IMG/VR virus record: IMGVR_UViG_3300029003_000089
Source: a virus
Lineage: Duplodnaviria > Heunggongvirae > Uroviricota > Caudoviricetes
Strand: one strand, 5' to 3'
Length of the DNA: 49,856 bases
Part shown: positions 28,853-38,896 of the stretch, piece after piece
Numbering within the stretch: the stretch's first letter is position 1
Layout of the letters: every line of letters starts with the position of its first letter
The notes under the pieces: generated by a model
Told to the model about the DNA's origin: nothing
What the model saw: the letters and a program-made list of their open reading frames with translations, nothing else
The model's database searches: none
Translations under genes and position numbers: made by a program

Positions 28853-30035
28853 CGGAGGGTTTCGTGGTCATGTTCATCGGTGTGAGATAGACATCCCCAC
28901 CGGGACGCGGATTCATATCTTCCAGGTCGCGGCAGTCATTGGGAGAGTAAATTCCCCAGTTAATCCCGGTGGCGTAGGCTTCAAAACGGGACTTCATATC
29001 CCCGCGCAGTAACGCCCCGGCGTTAAATTTGGCGTAATAAACGCCCTGCTTACTTTTTCGTACCAGTCCGGTGTTGATCCGCTGTTCGATGCGGGTCAGA
29101 TACGGCACCAGTGAATAGTTGATAAATCCGAGCCCCAGTTCTTCGATATTGTTGAAGGTGGCGCGATCGGTGTTCTGCACCATGTGCAACGGTACCCGGA
29201 ACAGACGACAGATTTCTTCAAGCTGAAACTTGCGGGTTTCCAGGAACTGGCTGTCCTCGGCGTTCAGCGCCATCGACTTCCAGTCCAGCCCCATCTCAAG
29301 GATCATCGGGCGGTGAGCATTGCCAAGCCCGGTGTGACGCTCCTCAAAATCTTTCTTCAGGCGCTCATAAGCCTGATCTGACAGCGTCTGCTCTGTACGC
29401 AACACACCCGACGTCACCGCACCATTGCTGAACAGTCTGGCCCCGTGCTCTTCAGTCGCTGCCGCCAGCGATATTGCCTCGCGGGCATAGGCGACGGGAT
29501 TCAGCCCCACCAGTCCGTCCAGCGTCAGCGTGCGCACATGCCAGATATCCTCCTGGCTCAGCACATCCGTGGAGCCGTCCGGGAATGTGACCTGATAGAC
29601 CGGCTCCCAGCTACTGTTAAGCTTCGGTACCACACAGCCGGGATCGACGGGCAGCAGTTCAGCCACTTCGCCAAATGCTTTCACTTTGTAGGCGTAAAAG
29701 TTTCCCCGCAGGCACAGACAGGTGACCACCAGCTCCCAGAACTCCTGCGGCGTCATATAGCCATTGGGATGCGTGGAGATCAGCTTATGCAGACGTTCGC
29801 CAGTGGCTCTCTGCTTCAGGCTGCCGTTCAGGTGATACAGGTTGCAGGGCAACATCCCGACCGACTCCGCCAGCACCCTGACACAGGAAAAAACCGCCGT
29901 CAGTCGCATGGCCCGCTGGCTGCTGATCTGCTTTCCGGTATAGGTGTCGTAGGACAACCCGATAGCATCCGCCAGCTCTGCTGGCGTGGTCACCGGTGCG
30001 TCACTTTTTCGTTGAAATAATCCCGAAAAGAACAC
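28794..30035 (-). CDS. Portal protein (HK97 family)
   Basis: 413 aa downstream of terminase large subunit. Confidence 0.85.
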   Translation of the reverse strand: MFFSGLFQRKSDAPVTTPAELADAIGLSYDTYTGKQISSQRAMRLTAVFSCVRVLAESVGMLPCNLYHLNGSLKQRATGERLHKLISTHPNGYMTPQEFWELVVTCLCLRGNFYAYKVKAFGEVAELLPVDPGCVVPKLNSSWEPVYQVTFPDGSTDVLSQEDIWHVRTLTLDGLVGLNPVAYAREAISLAAATEEHGARLFSNGAVTSGVLRTEQTLSDQAYERLKKDFEERHTGLGNAHRPMILEMGLDWKSMALNAEDSQFLETRKFQLEEICRLFRVPLHMVQNTDRATFNNIEELGLGFINYSLVPYLTRIEQRINTGLVRKSKQGVYYAKFNAGALLRGDMKSRFEAYATGINWGIYSPNDCRDLEDMNPRPGGDVYLTPMNMTTKPSDGSKAGKQKDNANADETTS

Positions 30036-30217
30036 TATTTACCTCCGCCGACAGACGACTGTGTACGGTCAAGATATCGCGCCACCAGCCACGACCAGAA
30101 CAGGCACAACGCCCCGGCAACAACAAACCCCGCCGGGGGATAAATCAGCCAGGCACCATACGCCAGCAAAAGCGCCCCCAGCACGCCCACCAGAGGCGCG
30201 AGAATCAGCATGATCAT
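30035..30217 (-). CDS. Hypothetical small membrane protein
   Basis: 60 aa, two hydrophobic segments. Confidence 0.4.
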
Positions 30218-30228
30218 AATTACCTCAG

Positions 30229-31962
30229 TTAAAGCGAGCGGATCCCATAGGACTCAATGTGGTCAGACAACGTGTCTTCTTTCTCGTACAGCATGGCTCT
30301 GCCAACCGCCATAATCAGCGCAACTGCACCATCGATTTTGTTTTCCGCCTGCTCTTTGACGGGCTTCACCACATCATCGTTACCCGGAATGGTTTTGCCG
30401 ACCACGTTGCCGATACACCAGGTCATGATGGGATTGCCATCATGATGAAAGCGCCCCGATTCAATTGCCGCTTCCAGCTCTTTCATCGGGTCGGACATGT
30501 TGGTGTAGTTCTGAATGATAGTGATGGGGTTCAGGTCTTCATCAGCAAGGTCATGTGAGAGCCCGGTCGCCCCGAAGGGGTCGATGGGTGACTCGCTGAC
30601 CGGGCTGATTTTGTTCGCCGCTTTGGCCTCCTCGAGGATGTAGCGATAATCCACCTCCGCACCAGCGGTAACGGTCAGAACGCCCATTTCCACCCATTTC
30701 TGAAAGCGTTCGGCTGTCCGGCGATCTTCATTTTTCTCGACGCTGTACACCGTGTCATACGGTACCCAGAAGCGCGGAGCCACACTGTAGTAATACGTTT
30801 TACCGTCAATCTCGCGGGTATAAAGTCGCGCCATACTGTTCATATCCAGCTTACGCGCCAGGTCAAAGGCCAGAATGCACGGCTGCCCCTCGAACTGCTC
30901 AAGGGTCAGTGATTTATCCTCGCAGCTCTGCCAGCTCACCAGGTTGAAATACGCCGAACGCGCCGACACCCAGATATTGAGGTGTTTTGTTTTAAAGACG
31001 TTTGCCAGACGGGCGTTATTTTTCGCACGCTGCTGCTGACTTAACAAAAATTCGCGATAAACCGACACGCCAATATTCGGGTTGGCTTTTTCCAGCACCT
31101 GCGGGTCGGTCCAGTCATCGCCTTCGTCAACGGTATAGATGATCCCGAACAGTTCATCGTTGGGTACCGACCCGTTGAGCATCTCGATAACTTCCCGTCG
31201 CTTGTCGTAGCACGGCCCCTCAATGTTGTACCCTGCAGTAGTAATGGCCCACATCAGTGGCTGACGTCGCGCCCCCATCCCGGTAAGCATCGTGGTGTAA
31301 AGCGCATCGGTGGCGTGCTCGTGATATTCATCCACCACCGCACAGTGGGGTGATGAACCATCACCGGGGTTACCGATCAGCGGTTCAAACCGCGCGCCAT
31401 CCTCCGGACGGTTCATGTTTGAGGCGTTAACCTCAATCCCGAACGCTTCCGTCAGCATGGGTGTGCGTTTACACATCAGTCGCGCCGGGCGAAAGACTTC
31501 CCACGCCTGTTTCTCTGTCGTGGCACCGGAATACACTTCCGCGCCAAACTCGTTATCACAGGCAAAACAATACAGGGCGACACCGGCAGAGATTGCCGAT
31601 TTGCCGTTCTTACGGGGGATTTCGGTATACACCTCCCGGAAGCGGCGCAGCCGGGTACCTTTATTGACCCAGCCAAACGCACAGCAGATCACAAAGAGCT
31701 GCCACGGCTCCAGCGTGATGGGCATCCTCTTGAATGCCCACTCCCCCTTGGTGTGTGGCAACAGCTGAATAAATTTGGCGGCCCGTTCAGCCAGGTCCTT
31801 GTCGAAGCGGTAACGAAACGACTTACTTTTTTCCGCCATCAGGTCATCAAGATGGCGCTGGCAGGCCTGAATCACAAACTGGCAGGCCACAATATTTCCG
31901 CGCACGACATCACGGGCATACTGATTGGCAGCATTTACGTTGGGGTAAGATTTCCGGCTCAT
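30229..31962 (-). CDS. Terminase large subunit
   Basis: 577 aa; position between small subunit and portal; overlaps small-subunit stop. Confidence 0.9.
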
Positions 31963-32462
31963 GATTCGATGATTTTCAGAAACGGGTTAGTGGCTTTCTT
32001 CTGCCCCGCCAGGCCAATCAGACGCTGGCGGCTGCTGGGGTCGAGTCCGAGCATTGCCCCCGTACTGCTCATCTCGGACTCCTGTTCTTTTTTGGCGGTC
32101 AGCTCCGGATTTTTGACCATACCGCCCATTGCACCGGTGATGGTGTTGCCCTGTCTGGCAATATTTTTCACGGCACGTCGCCAGAACTCGTAGGCCACGC
32201 ACCACCGCTCAAGCACCGCGAGGTCAGTCACGCACAGCAGGCCCTGACCGCAGAGTTCTTTAGTTGTCAGTTGCCACATGATCGTAGCGAGAGGGAGATC
32301 TTCTTCAGCGAACCACTCCGGTGGCTCAACACCTTTGATGGGCGTAAAAACAGGTTCATCTTTATTCAGGGCTCGCTTGCCGGGGTTTCCGGCCAGCGCC
32401 TTGCGCGCCGTTGGCTTGGGGCGACGCCCGGAACGCCCCGCCGTTCCAGCCATATGCGGCAC
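31959..32462 (-). CDS. Terminase small subunit (P27-like)
   Basis: 167 aa, basic N-terminus (GRSGRRPKP). Confidence 0.75.
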   Translation of the reverse strand: MPHMAGTAGRSGRRPKPTARKALAGNPGKRALNKDEPVFTPIKGVEPPEWFAEEDLPLATIMWQLTTKELCGQGLLCVTDLAVLERWCVAYEFWRRAVKNIARQGNTITGAMGGMVKNPELTAKKEQESEMSSTGAMLGLDPSSRQRLIGLAGQKKATNPFLKIIES

Positions 32463-32480
32463 TCCTGGTTAAATTTCATT

Positions 32481-32545
32481 TTTCGCGGGTATAAAAAAAC
32501 GATGGGGCGGGCAGTCCTGAAGGCGTCAGGTCACAGGGATTTGAC
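32481..32545 (-). terminator. GC-rich hairpin plus T-run on minus strand between HNH and terminase genes (terminator and/or cos-region structure)
   Basis: ggggcggg ... cccgccc inverted repeat with internal cctga/tcagg; minus strand followed by TTTTTTTAT. Confidence 0.45.
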
Positions 32546-32577
32546 CCGCCCTCCCCTCTGGCAGTGGAAACTGGTTC

Positions 32578-32928
32578 TTACTTCAGCCGTTCACGGGCCG
32601 TCTTCGCCTTATGACACGGCCAGCACAGACTCTGCAGATTACTGTCGGCATCAGAGCCGCCATGCGCTTTAGGGATGATGTGGTCAACGGTTTTCGCCTC
32701 ACGCGCCACACCGGCACGCAGACATAACTGACACAGGCCTTTGTCACGCTTGAGCACACGTTCACGGATAACATCCCATTTCGAACCATAACCGCGCTGG
32801 TGACGGGACAGGCCGCGTTGATATTGGATCCATCCTTCACCACGATGTTTAACACAATACCCAGAATTGTCTGTTGTAGTCCCCGCACACCCGTGCTTAC
32901 GACATGCTCGGGGAATTCGTGACGCCAT
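32578..32928 (-). CDS. Phage HNH endonuclease (packaging-associated)
   Basis: 116 aa; CxxC ... DHIIPKAHGG ... CWPCH motifs; immediately upstream of terminase genes. Confidence 0.85.
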   Translation of the reverse strand: MASRIPRACRKHGCAGTTTDNSGYCVKHRGEGWIQYQRGLSRHQRGYGSKWDVIRERVLKRDKGLCQLCLRAGVAREAKTVDHIIPKAHGGSDADSNLQSLCWPCHKAKTARERLK

Positions 32929-32965
32929 ATTATCTCCAATAAAAAACCCGCTAAAGCGGGTCTTG

Positions 32966-33391
32966 TTAGCAACTTATTAACATTGCATGGTTATTTAGCA
33001 TCCAGTCGTTTAACTCATTTTCTGCCCATTCTACGTCTATAAGCACTTTGCATAAATTCGAAGGTTTAAGAAGTTCACCTGCTGACGCCCCTGAAGGCCA
33101 AAAATGCACAGCTACATAATTTTGAGTTACATATGTTTTTTTTATAGTTTGTCGTGTTTCGATTGAGATAATCACATCCGATATTTTACATTTTCTTTTT
33201 TTGACCAAAAAATCATGAATTCGCTCCCCAACAGCTTCCTTAAAAATAGTTGAGTTAGCATGTTGATTAAATGTTGCAAAAATAAGTTTAAGTTCGCAAT
33301 TTAAAGCCTTAGCTTTTGATATTCCTAATTGCATAGCCTTGTGAGCAGCAAGTATATGATTGCTATTTGCCCTGATTACATACTTTTCCAT
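32966..33391 (-). CDS. Hypothetical protein in AT-rich moron between lysis cassette and HNH/terminase
   Basis: 141 aa ORF; strongly AT-rich with ~375 bp AT-rich upstream non-coding region. Confidence 0.5.
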   Translation of the reverse strand: MEKYVIRANSNHILAAHKAMQLGISKAKALNCELKLIFATFNQHANSTIFKEAVGERIHDFLVKKRKCKISDVIISIETRQTIKKTYVTQNYVAVHFWPSGASAGELLKPSNLCKVLIDVEWAENELNDWMLNNHAMLISC

Positions 33392-33765
33392 ATTCGCTCT
33401 CCCAAAAAATCAGAGGTATATAATAAGAACATAGAAAAATTTATCAATAAAATCAGCAACAAAAGTAGCTCATCAGCATTACTGACTAAAAGTTCTAATA
33501 TCATTAACAAACGAGTATTGCACTGTACACTTTTTCAAAACGGACAAGTCTTTCAGATACTCACATCGACAACCAATAAAGAACACCAATTGTACTCATC
33601 TCGCGTCAATTCATTGTAGCCTGTGAGCCTATGCTTTCTGATCACAACGCTACCAGTATTATCGCTTCAAGCAGGAATGAACTCCGTATTTTAGCATCCA
33701 AAGGAATTAGCTGTCCCCAAACAGGGTATTAGAACGTAACAATATCACTTTACTAATATAATCAG

Positions 33766-34227
33766 CTAGTTAACACACTGCGCTCTGATGTATTCCTGTA
33801 GGTAATTAACCTGTGCAGTTATCTTGTCGATTCCACTTCGGAGGCGGTAATAATTGAGTTCAGAATCTGCTGTAAGTCTTGGGCTTTCTCCATCGCCCAT
33901 GCCGCTGGCTCTGGTCGTTGATTTTGCACAGGTGGCGGCGACTTGCAGGCGCTTACGCCCAGCAGAAACATCAGCACGGAGGCTTTCGATAGTCGCGTTA
34001 GCATCAGCAAGCTCCTTTGTGTATCTGGCGTCAAGTTCTGCTACGTCACGTTGACGCTTCTGCATATCAGAAATGGTCGCCATAGCCGAATCTAATGCCA
34101 TAGCATTCTCATCACGCTGCTTTTTGTATTCAATAGCTTTATTGTGGTAATGATTCGCTGAACAGATAAAAGAACCGATGACAGTAAAGAAGAATGCAGA
34201 GATAGCCAGCTTATAGCTCAACTTCAT
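33766..34227 (-). CDS. Rz: Rz-like i-spanin
   Basis: 153 aa; N-terminal TM then coiled coil; overlaps endolysin end. Confidence 0.75.
   Translation of the reverse strand: MKLSYKLAISAFFFTVIGSFICSANHYHNKAIEYKKQRDENAMALDSAMATISDMQKRQRDVAELDARYTKELADANATIESLRADVSAGRKRLQVAATCAKSTTRASGMGDGESPRLTADSELNYYRLRSGIDKITAQVNYLQEYIRAQCVN
33819..34004 (-). CDS. Rz1: Rz1-like o-spanin lipoprotein embedded in Rz (+1 frame)
   Basis: Lipobox-like VSAC followed by proline-rich KSPPPVQNQRPEP; fully nested in Rz. Confidence 0.6.
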   Translation of the reverse strand: MLTRLSKASVLMFLLGVSACKSPPPVQNQRPEPAAWAMEKAQDLQQILNSIITASEVESTR

Positions 34228-34687
34228 TTACCACCCCACCAGCCTCTTTAAACCGGGAAATCAGGTCACCGATTTTATGTTCATACTGACCGTAACCTGC
34301 ACCAGGTAACGACGCCCAGATATTGCTGCAACGATCGATAGCCTGACGAATATCGCCGCGATCAATCATCGGTAAAGCGCCACGCTCTTTAATCTGCTGT
34401 AATGCAACAGCATCCTGGCTTTTAGGAGAGAAGTCTGTCAGCCCTAACTGCTTGCGGTAAGCATCCCACCAGCGCGAAAGAAGTTGATAACGGCCTGCAG
34501 CTGTTGATTTGAGTTTCGGGTTTAGCGTGACAAGCTTGCGAGGGTGATCGGAGTAATCAGTGAAGAGTTCTCCACCGACAATAACATCATAACCGTGGTT
34601 ACGTGTCGGTTGTCGCCCGTTATCCGTTCCTTCTGACCATGCCACCATATCGAGGAAAGCTTTACGCTGGGAATTTAGTACCTGCAT
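34211..34687 (-). CDS. R: Endolysin, lambda R-like
   Basis: 158 aa; matches remembered lambda R across most of its length (EGTDNGRQPTRNHGYDVIVGGELFTDYSDHPRK...). Confidence 0.9.
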   Translation of the reverse strand: MQVLNSQRKAFLDMVAWSEGTDNGRQPTRNHGYDVIVGGELFTDYSDHPRKLVTLNPKLKSTAAGRYQLLSRWWDAYRKQLGLTDFSPKSQDAVALQQIKERGALPMIDRGDIRQAIDRCSNIWASLPGAGYGQYEHKIGDLISRFKEAGGVVNEVEL

Positions 34688-34690
34688 AAA

Positions 34691-35017
34691 TTACTCCTTA
34701 GAGCCACCAAACTTGTTACCGATTACTCGCATTGCAGCCCCACGAATAGCATCGACACCGATCAGCCCCACCCCACCACCAATGGCAACAGATAGTGATT
34801 TAGGCCATCCGACATACTCAAGCGCGGATGCAAATGTCAGCGTCAGAGCGCCACAGAGTAAAATCTCAAGCGTTTTTCGCTTCCAGCCACCACCACCGCC
34901 AAAATAGGCAATGCGCAAGCCAGCCATAACGATCGACATAATCACTGCGCCCAGTGGTGTGTCTCCACGCCACCAGCTCTGGACCAACTCCAGCCAGGTA
35001 TTTGGGTTATGAGGCAT
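34691..35017 (-). CDS. Holin
   Basis: 108 aa with hydrophobic helices, directly upstream of endolysin. Confidence 0.7.
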   Translation of the reverse strand: MPHNPNTWLELVQSWWRGDTPLGAVIMSIVMAGLRIAYFGGGGGWKRKTLEILLCGALTLTFASALEYVGWPKSLSVAIGGGVGLIGVDAIRGAAMRVIGNKFGGSKE

Positions 35018-35169
35018 TTGTAGTTATCTCTCACCTCGCTGATACAGCAGGTGCAAATTGAGGGAACATCATGTACAGCAAATTAGAAGCGGAAACGTCA
35101 AAGAAGCCGAACCAATGGATAACTGCGGAATAGACCAGGACCAACGAATCCCCAGCCCCAGAAACGACA

Positions 35170-35196
35170 AAACCCGCTCAACGGCGGGTTTAAGCT
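35170..35196 (-). terminator. Hairpin with minus-strand T-rich tail upstream of holin (tR'-like)
   Basis: aacccgc tcaac gcgggtt; minus strand continues TTTGTCGTTTCT. Confidence 0.4.
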
Positions 35197-35307
35197 GTGT
35201 GGCGAAGTAACCACTCTTAACAGAGTACTGTATTTTTTGCGTACGCATTAGTATTTTTTGAAGTATTATCAACACCAATTGTTCAAAACCATTAAAAGGA
35301 TGTTGTT

Positions 35308-36342
35308 ATGACTGCATCAGCGACCCCCACTAATATCACTCATAAGTTTATTGTTCACATTATGAACAAGGAACAACAGGGGTTAGCCACCATTATTCCT
35401 TGTCCTTCAGAAAAACCTGTTCAGCAAGCATCAAAAGACCTCTCTAACGCACTTACTGAAAGGTACTCTGGGAGAGCAGGTAAAGGATATGGGAAATTTG
35501 AAGATGACCGCGATAGTTACCCTATGGGTAATATCGTTGATGATTATTTCGTAAATAAAACACATAGTTTTTATGATACTAGTATCCGAATGATCAATCA
35601 TTTAAAAGCCAGAGCCGATGATGAATCAATGTCTACTGGTGGTTATGTAATAATTGCCCATAATGAGGTAAATGGAAATCATTATTTGATGGTTGCAATC
35701 CTAACTTCAGCAGTTGGCTCTTCAGTCCACGATTTTGAAATTCAAGAAAGTGAATATCTAGACATTGCTAAACTTCGAGTAGCGGGACGAATTGACTTAA
35801 CTGGGCGCCAGAATGGCAAAGAGAGATATATTAGCTTTCTAAAGGGGCAAAATTCAGTAGCAGGTTATTTCAAAAAGTTTTTAGGTTGCAACGATATTCT
35901 AATTGCCAAACAAGAAACAACAAAATTACGGAATGCACTTTTAGAATTTGCTACTGAAAGAGGTTTTGAACCAGAGGCACGTGAAGAGTTCCTAAATAAG
36001 GCTCATGAAAAATTAAAAAATTTAAATCGTTCTGGTGAAACTTTCGACACTCAAATTTTTGCAAACGAGATATGGCCAACTGCTCCTGAGTTGTTAGTTG
36101 AAAAGTTAACCAATGACGATCTGGAGTTCTCTGATGGGTTCGTGCCTGATGGCAACGTTATACGTGGGCTTGTTAGTTTCAAAGGAAAGTCCAAACATTG
36201 GTCTCTGAAATTCGAGCGTGCGGCCTTGCATGATGGCAGCGTTCTTTATGATTCAGAAAACGATAAATTGATACTTACCGAGATTCCGGATACGCTAAGA
36301 TCAGAGATTTTATCAGAATTAGGTGAAGAGGATGAGCAGTAA
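35308..36342 (+). CDS. NdpA/YejK-family nucleoid-associated-protein homolog (first gene of opposite-strand cargo cassette)
   Basis: 344 aa; blocks GGYVIIAHNEVNGNHYLMVAILTS, YLDIAKLRVAGRIDLT, RYISFLKG, DKLILTEIPDTLR align with remembered E. coli YejK; SD aaaagga upstream; AT-rich. Confidence 0.65.
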   Translation: MTASATPTNITHKFIVHIMNKEQQGLATIIPCPSEKPVQQASKDLSNALTERYSGRAGKGYGKFEDDRDSYPMGNIVDDYFVNKTHSFYDTSIRMINHLKARADDESMSTGGYVIIAHNEVNGNHYLMVAILTSAVGSSVHDFEIQESEYLDIAKLRVAGRIDLTGRQNGKERYISFLKGQNSVAGYFKKFLGCNDILIAKQETTKLRNALLEFATERGFEPEAREEFLNKAHEKLKNLNRSGETFDTQIFANEIWPTAPELLVEKLTNDDLEFSDGFVPDGNVIRGLVSFKGKSKHWSLKFERAALHDGSVLYDSENDKLILTEIPDTLRSEILSELGEEDEQ

Positions 36343-37510
36343 AAATCAGAGAACCTTCAAAGACTTAGTGACTATTTACAAGGCCGCTACATTTGCAGGT
36401 ACCCTATCTGAAGCATCACTCATTCTTTCAAACGAGGAGCTCTGTGACATCATCAACGATATCACAGAGAATCCCCATGATTTTGGCATCACCCTTGAAT
36501 CTGGCAACATTGAGTTAGGCCAAACTATAACCTTACATATAACCCCCCCAAAATTACGATTGGGGCAGCTACATTTCTCTTTTAATGAGTATTTAAAAAA
36601 TCCTAAAAATAGGATAAAGGAAGCCAGTAACTTCTTTATAATCGAACTTAATTATCACAACAGGGATAAAAAGTCGCCTGCTATTATATCCAAGTACAGA
36701 GATGTTTTGAGCTTAATTACTTTATTCAAAGATTGTTCTGCTTATTTAGATGAAACAAATTTTGAATTGGTATTCGTCGAATCCAACGTACTAAAAATTC
36801 CAGTAAATTATTCTAGCGATGACCTTATGAATGTTAATGGAGATCTGATTCATAATTTGATCGCAAACTTTGCAGAAGATACGCATAAAGATCAAAAACT
36901 TACTATTTTAGCAAGTAGTATAAAATCATCATGTGAATCTAAAACTAAAGAAACCTCTTTTTCCTTCATGTTAAGGGATTTAGGACAACTTTATGAAAGT
37001 TATCAAAAAGGATACAAAGTATTCGTTTCTGGTTTTTCTTACGAGAAAATACTGGATCAGTTACGAGTAGCCAAAATAGAAGAGATGGGGAAAATACATA
37101 AAGTATTCAGTGACATACAAAATCAGATATTAGGTATCCCCGTCGCAACAATTATCGTTGCGACTCAAATGAAGCAGGCTAATGGTTGGGATAGTCAAGC
37201 ATTAATAAACACAGCTGTAGTGTTGGGTGCATTGTTCTTCACTATTATGATTATATTTGTTCTATTTAATCAATGGCAAACTTTAACAGCAATAAATGAT
37301 GAGTTAAATCATAAAAAACAACAAGCAGAATATAACTTCAAGGCTATTTACGAAGATATAAAGGATACATTTGATAGTTTAACCACAAGATTGCTTGTTC
37401 AGAAAGTTGTTTTTGCCTCATTAGGAATTATAGTTTTATGTGGCTTATATCTTACATTTAGATTCTACTTTTTACTTACACCTTATGCTATTACATATTT
37501 ATTTAGCTGA
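36323..37510 (+). CDS. Hypothetical protein with two C-terminal transmembrane helices (second gene of cassette)
   Basis: 395 aa; ~285 aa soluble N-terminal region, then hydrophobic ALINTAVVLGALFFTIMIIFVLF and VVFASLGIIVLCGLYLTFRFYFLL; start overlaps gene 1 by 20 bp. Confidence 0.6.
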   Translation: MKRMSSKNQRTFKDLVTIYKAATFAGTLSEASLILSNEELCDIINDITENPHDFGITLESGNIELGQTITLHITPPKLRLGQLHFSFNEYLKNPKNRIKEASNFFIIELNYHNRDKKSPAIISKYRDVLSLITLFKDCSAYLDETNFELVFVESNVLKIPVNYSSDDLMNVNGDLIHNLIANFAEDTHKDQKLTILASSIKSSCESKTKETSFSFMLRDLGQLYESYQKGYKVFVSGFSYEKILDQLRVAKIEEMGKIHKVFSDIQNQILGIPVATIIVATQMKQANGWDSQALINTAVVLGALFFTIMIIFVLFNQWQTLTAINDELNHKKQQAEYNFKAIYEDIKDTFDSLTTRLLVQKVVFASLGIIVLCGLYLTFRFYFLLTPYAITYLFS

Positions 37511-37527
37511 CGGCCAATATGGCCGTC
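37509..37527. terminator. Perfect hairpin between convergent cassette gene and Q gene
   Basis: gacggcca tat tggccgtc followed by taataaatt. Confidence 0.5.
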
Positions 37528-37534
37528 TAATAAA

Positions 37535-37882
37535 TTACCCATGTATTATATATATAACTGCATCAATAAATCCCAATGCAGCTTGCAACTTTTTTCTTAT
37601 AGTCCCATCAGAGCATTTTCTCTTCTTCGCAATAGTGCGTAATGAGATACCGATAACAAAGTGAGCAATGATTAGCTCATATTCTTCAGGCCTATATTTA
37701 CGCAACCGAGCCACACAACTGTCTATCATAATGCCTTCGTCATCATCACACTGAATCCGGGACTTTTTGCCATGAGGTAAAAGTCCCTTGAAGCCAGCGG
37801 CTACCGGTTGCCAGTCCACTCCGCTATTGTCTGAAGCAGCCCAAGCTCCCCAACGATCCATTACTTCATACATATCACGCAT
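37535..37882 (-). CDS. Late-gene antiterminator Q (QuuD/phage-82-type family)
   Basis: Resembles remembered DLP12 QuuD (ERWGAWAA, AAGFKGL, CDDD, CSDG); likely start at internal MRDMYEV. Confidence 0.7.
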   Translation of the reverse strand: MRDMYEVMDRWGAWAASDNSGVDWQPVAAGFKGLLPHGKKSRIQCDDDEGIMIDSCVARLRKYRPEEYELIIAHFVIGISLRTIAKKRKCSDGTIRKKLQAALGFIDAVIYIIHG

Positions 37883-37899
37883 CAACTTTCTCCACAAAA

Positions 37900-38895
37900 T
37901 CAGGCCAGCACACCAATTGCCAGCGCACGATCGATAAAACGAAATATCAGCTCCAGCTGGGAGCCATACATCTCTTCAAAGGCCACGGTATCCGCATGCA
38001 GCTCGTCGTGATGCTTTCTGCACAAAGGCAACACAAAGAGGTCATGCGCTTTTGTCCCCATTCCACCCTGACCATGGCCTATCAGGTGGTGGGGATCATC
38101 AGCGGGCTTTCCACAACATGCACACGGCTGTGTCTTAACCCAGCGCGTGTACTTTTCATTAACCCAGCGGCGACGTTTTGGGCGTAACATAAAAGACTCC
38201 GGTGACTCCGGATCCACTTTCAGCGCCAGCACCTTTTTCGCCTTATCTTGGATGATGCTGGTGGCAGGAACCGAAGGCACAAGGTCACTTTCCCGGGTGA
38301 CAGACGGCACAACAGGCTTCGGTAATCTCAGTGCCTTACGGGCTGCACTTTCCGGTAAGGCATCCGCCAGGTCATTACGAATCAGCCACCAGCACAGTTC
38401 CGGCATTGTCACAACGTGACTATCATCAAAACCGAGATCCCGACGCACGACAGACAACACCCAGCGGGCACAGTTATCCGTTGCCATTGATTCCAGCCGT
38501 TCCGTGAACTGGTCACGCAGCTGGTTATCGCAGTGCCAGCACAGACGAATTGCTCCCGGAGCGTGCCGCATTGTGGTCATGTTCTCGCTGTGCCAGTCGG
38601 AATGAGGCCACTGACAGCCCTTTTCACGAAGTAACCAGCTTTCAAGACATTCCACGCCACCAGCACGACGGATCACTGCCTCATTGCGGAACACGGCCCG
38701 AACGGCAGGATCATCCGCCAGCGGTTGTGATGCCGCCGGAACGGCACCACTGGCGAAAGATGAATAACGTTCCGGCTCAGGCTCCAGCAGGACACGCCCC
38801 TGCATAAACAGGGGCATCAGCTCTGAACCTGGCCTGAACAATACGATCCCCATACGCGGGGCAATTTCAGGGGTCAGTAGTGCTCTCACGGTCAC
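37900..38895 (-). CDS. DUF968-like protein (YdfU-like), Cys/His-rich C-terminus
   Basis: 331 aa; C-terminal CACCGKPADDPHHL...H..C.KHH motif; position upstream of Q. Confidence 0.55.
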   Translation of the reverse strand: MTVRALLTPEIAPRMGIVLFRPGSELMPLFMQGRVLLEPEPERYSSFASGAVPAASQPLADDPAVRAVFRNEAVIRRAGGVECLESWLLREKGCQWPHSDWHSENMTTMRHAPGAIRLCWHCDNQLRDQFTERLESMATDNCARWVLSVVRRDLGFDDSHVVTMPELCWWLIRNDLADALPESAARKALRLPKPVVPSVTRESDLVPSVPATSIIQDKAKKVLALKVDPESPESFMLRPKRRRWVNEKYTRWVKTQPCACCGKPADDPHHLIGHGQGGMGTKAHDLFVLPLCRKHHDELHADTVAFEEMYGSQLELIFRFIDRALAIGVLA

Positions 38896-38896
38896 C

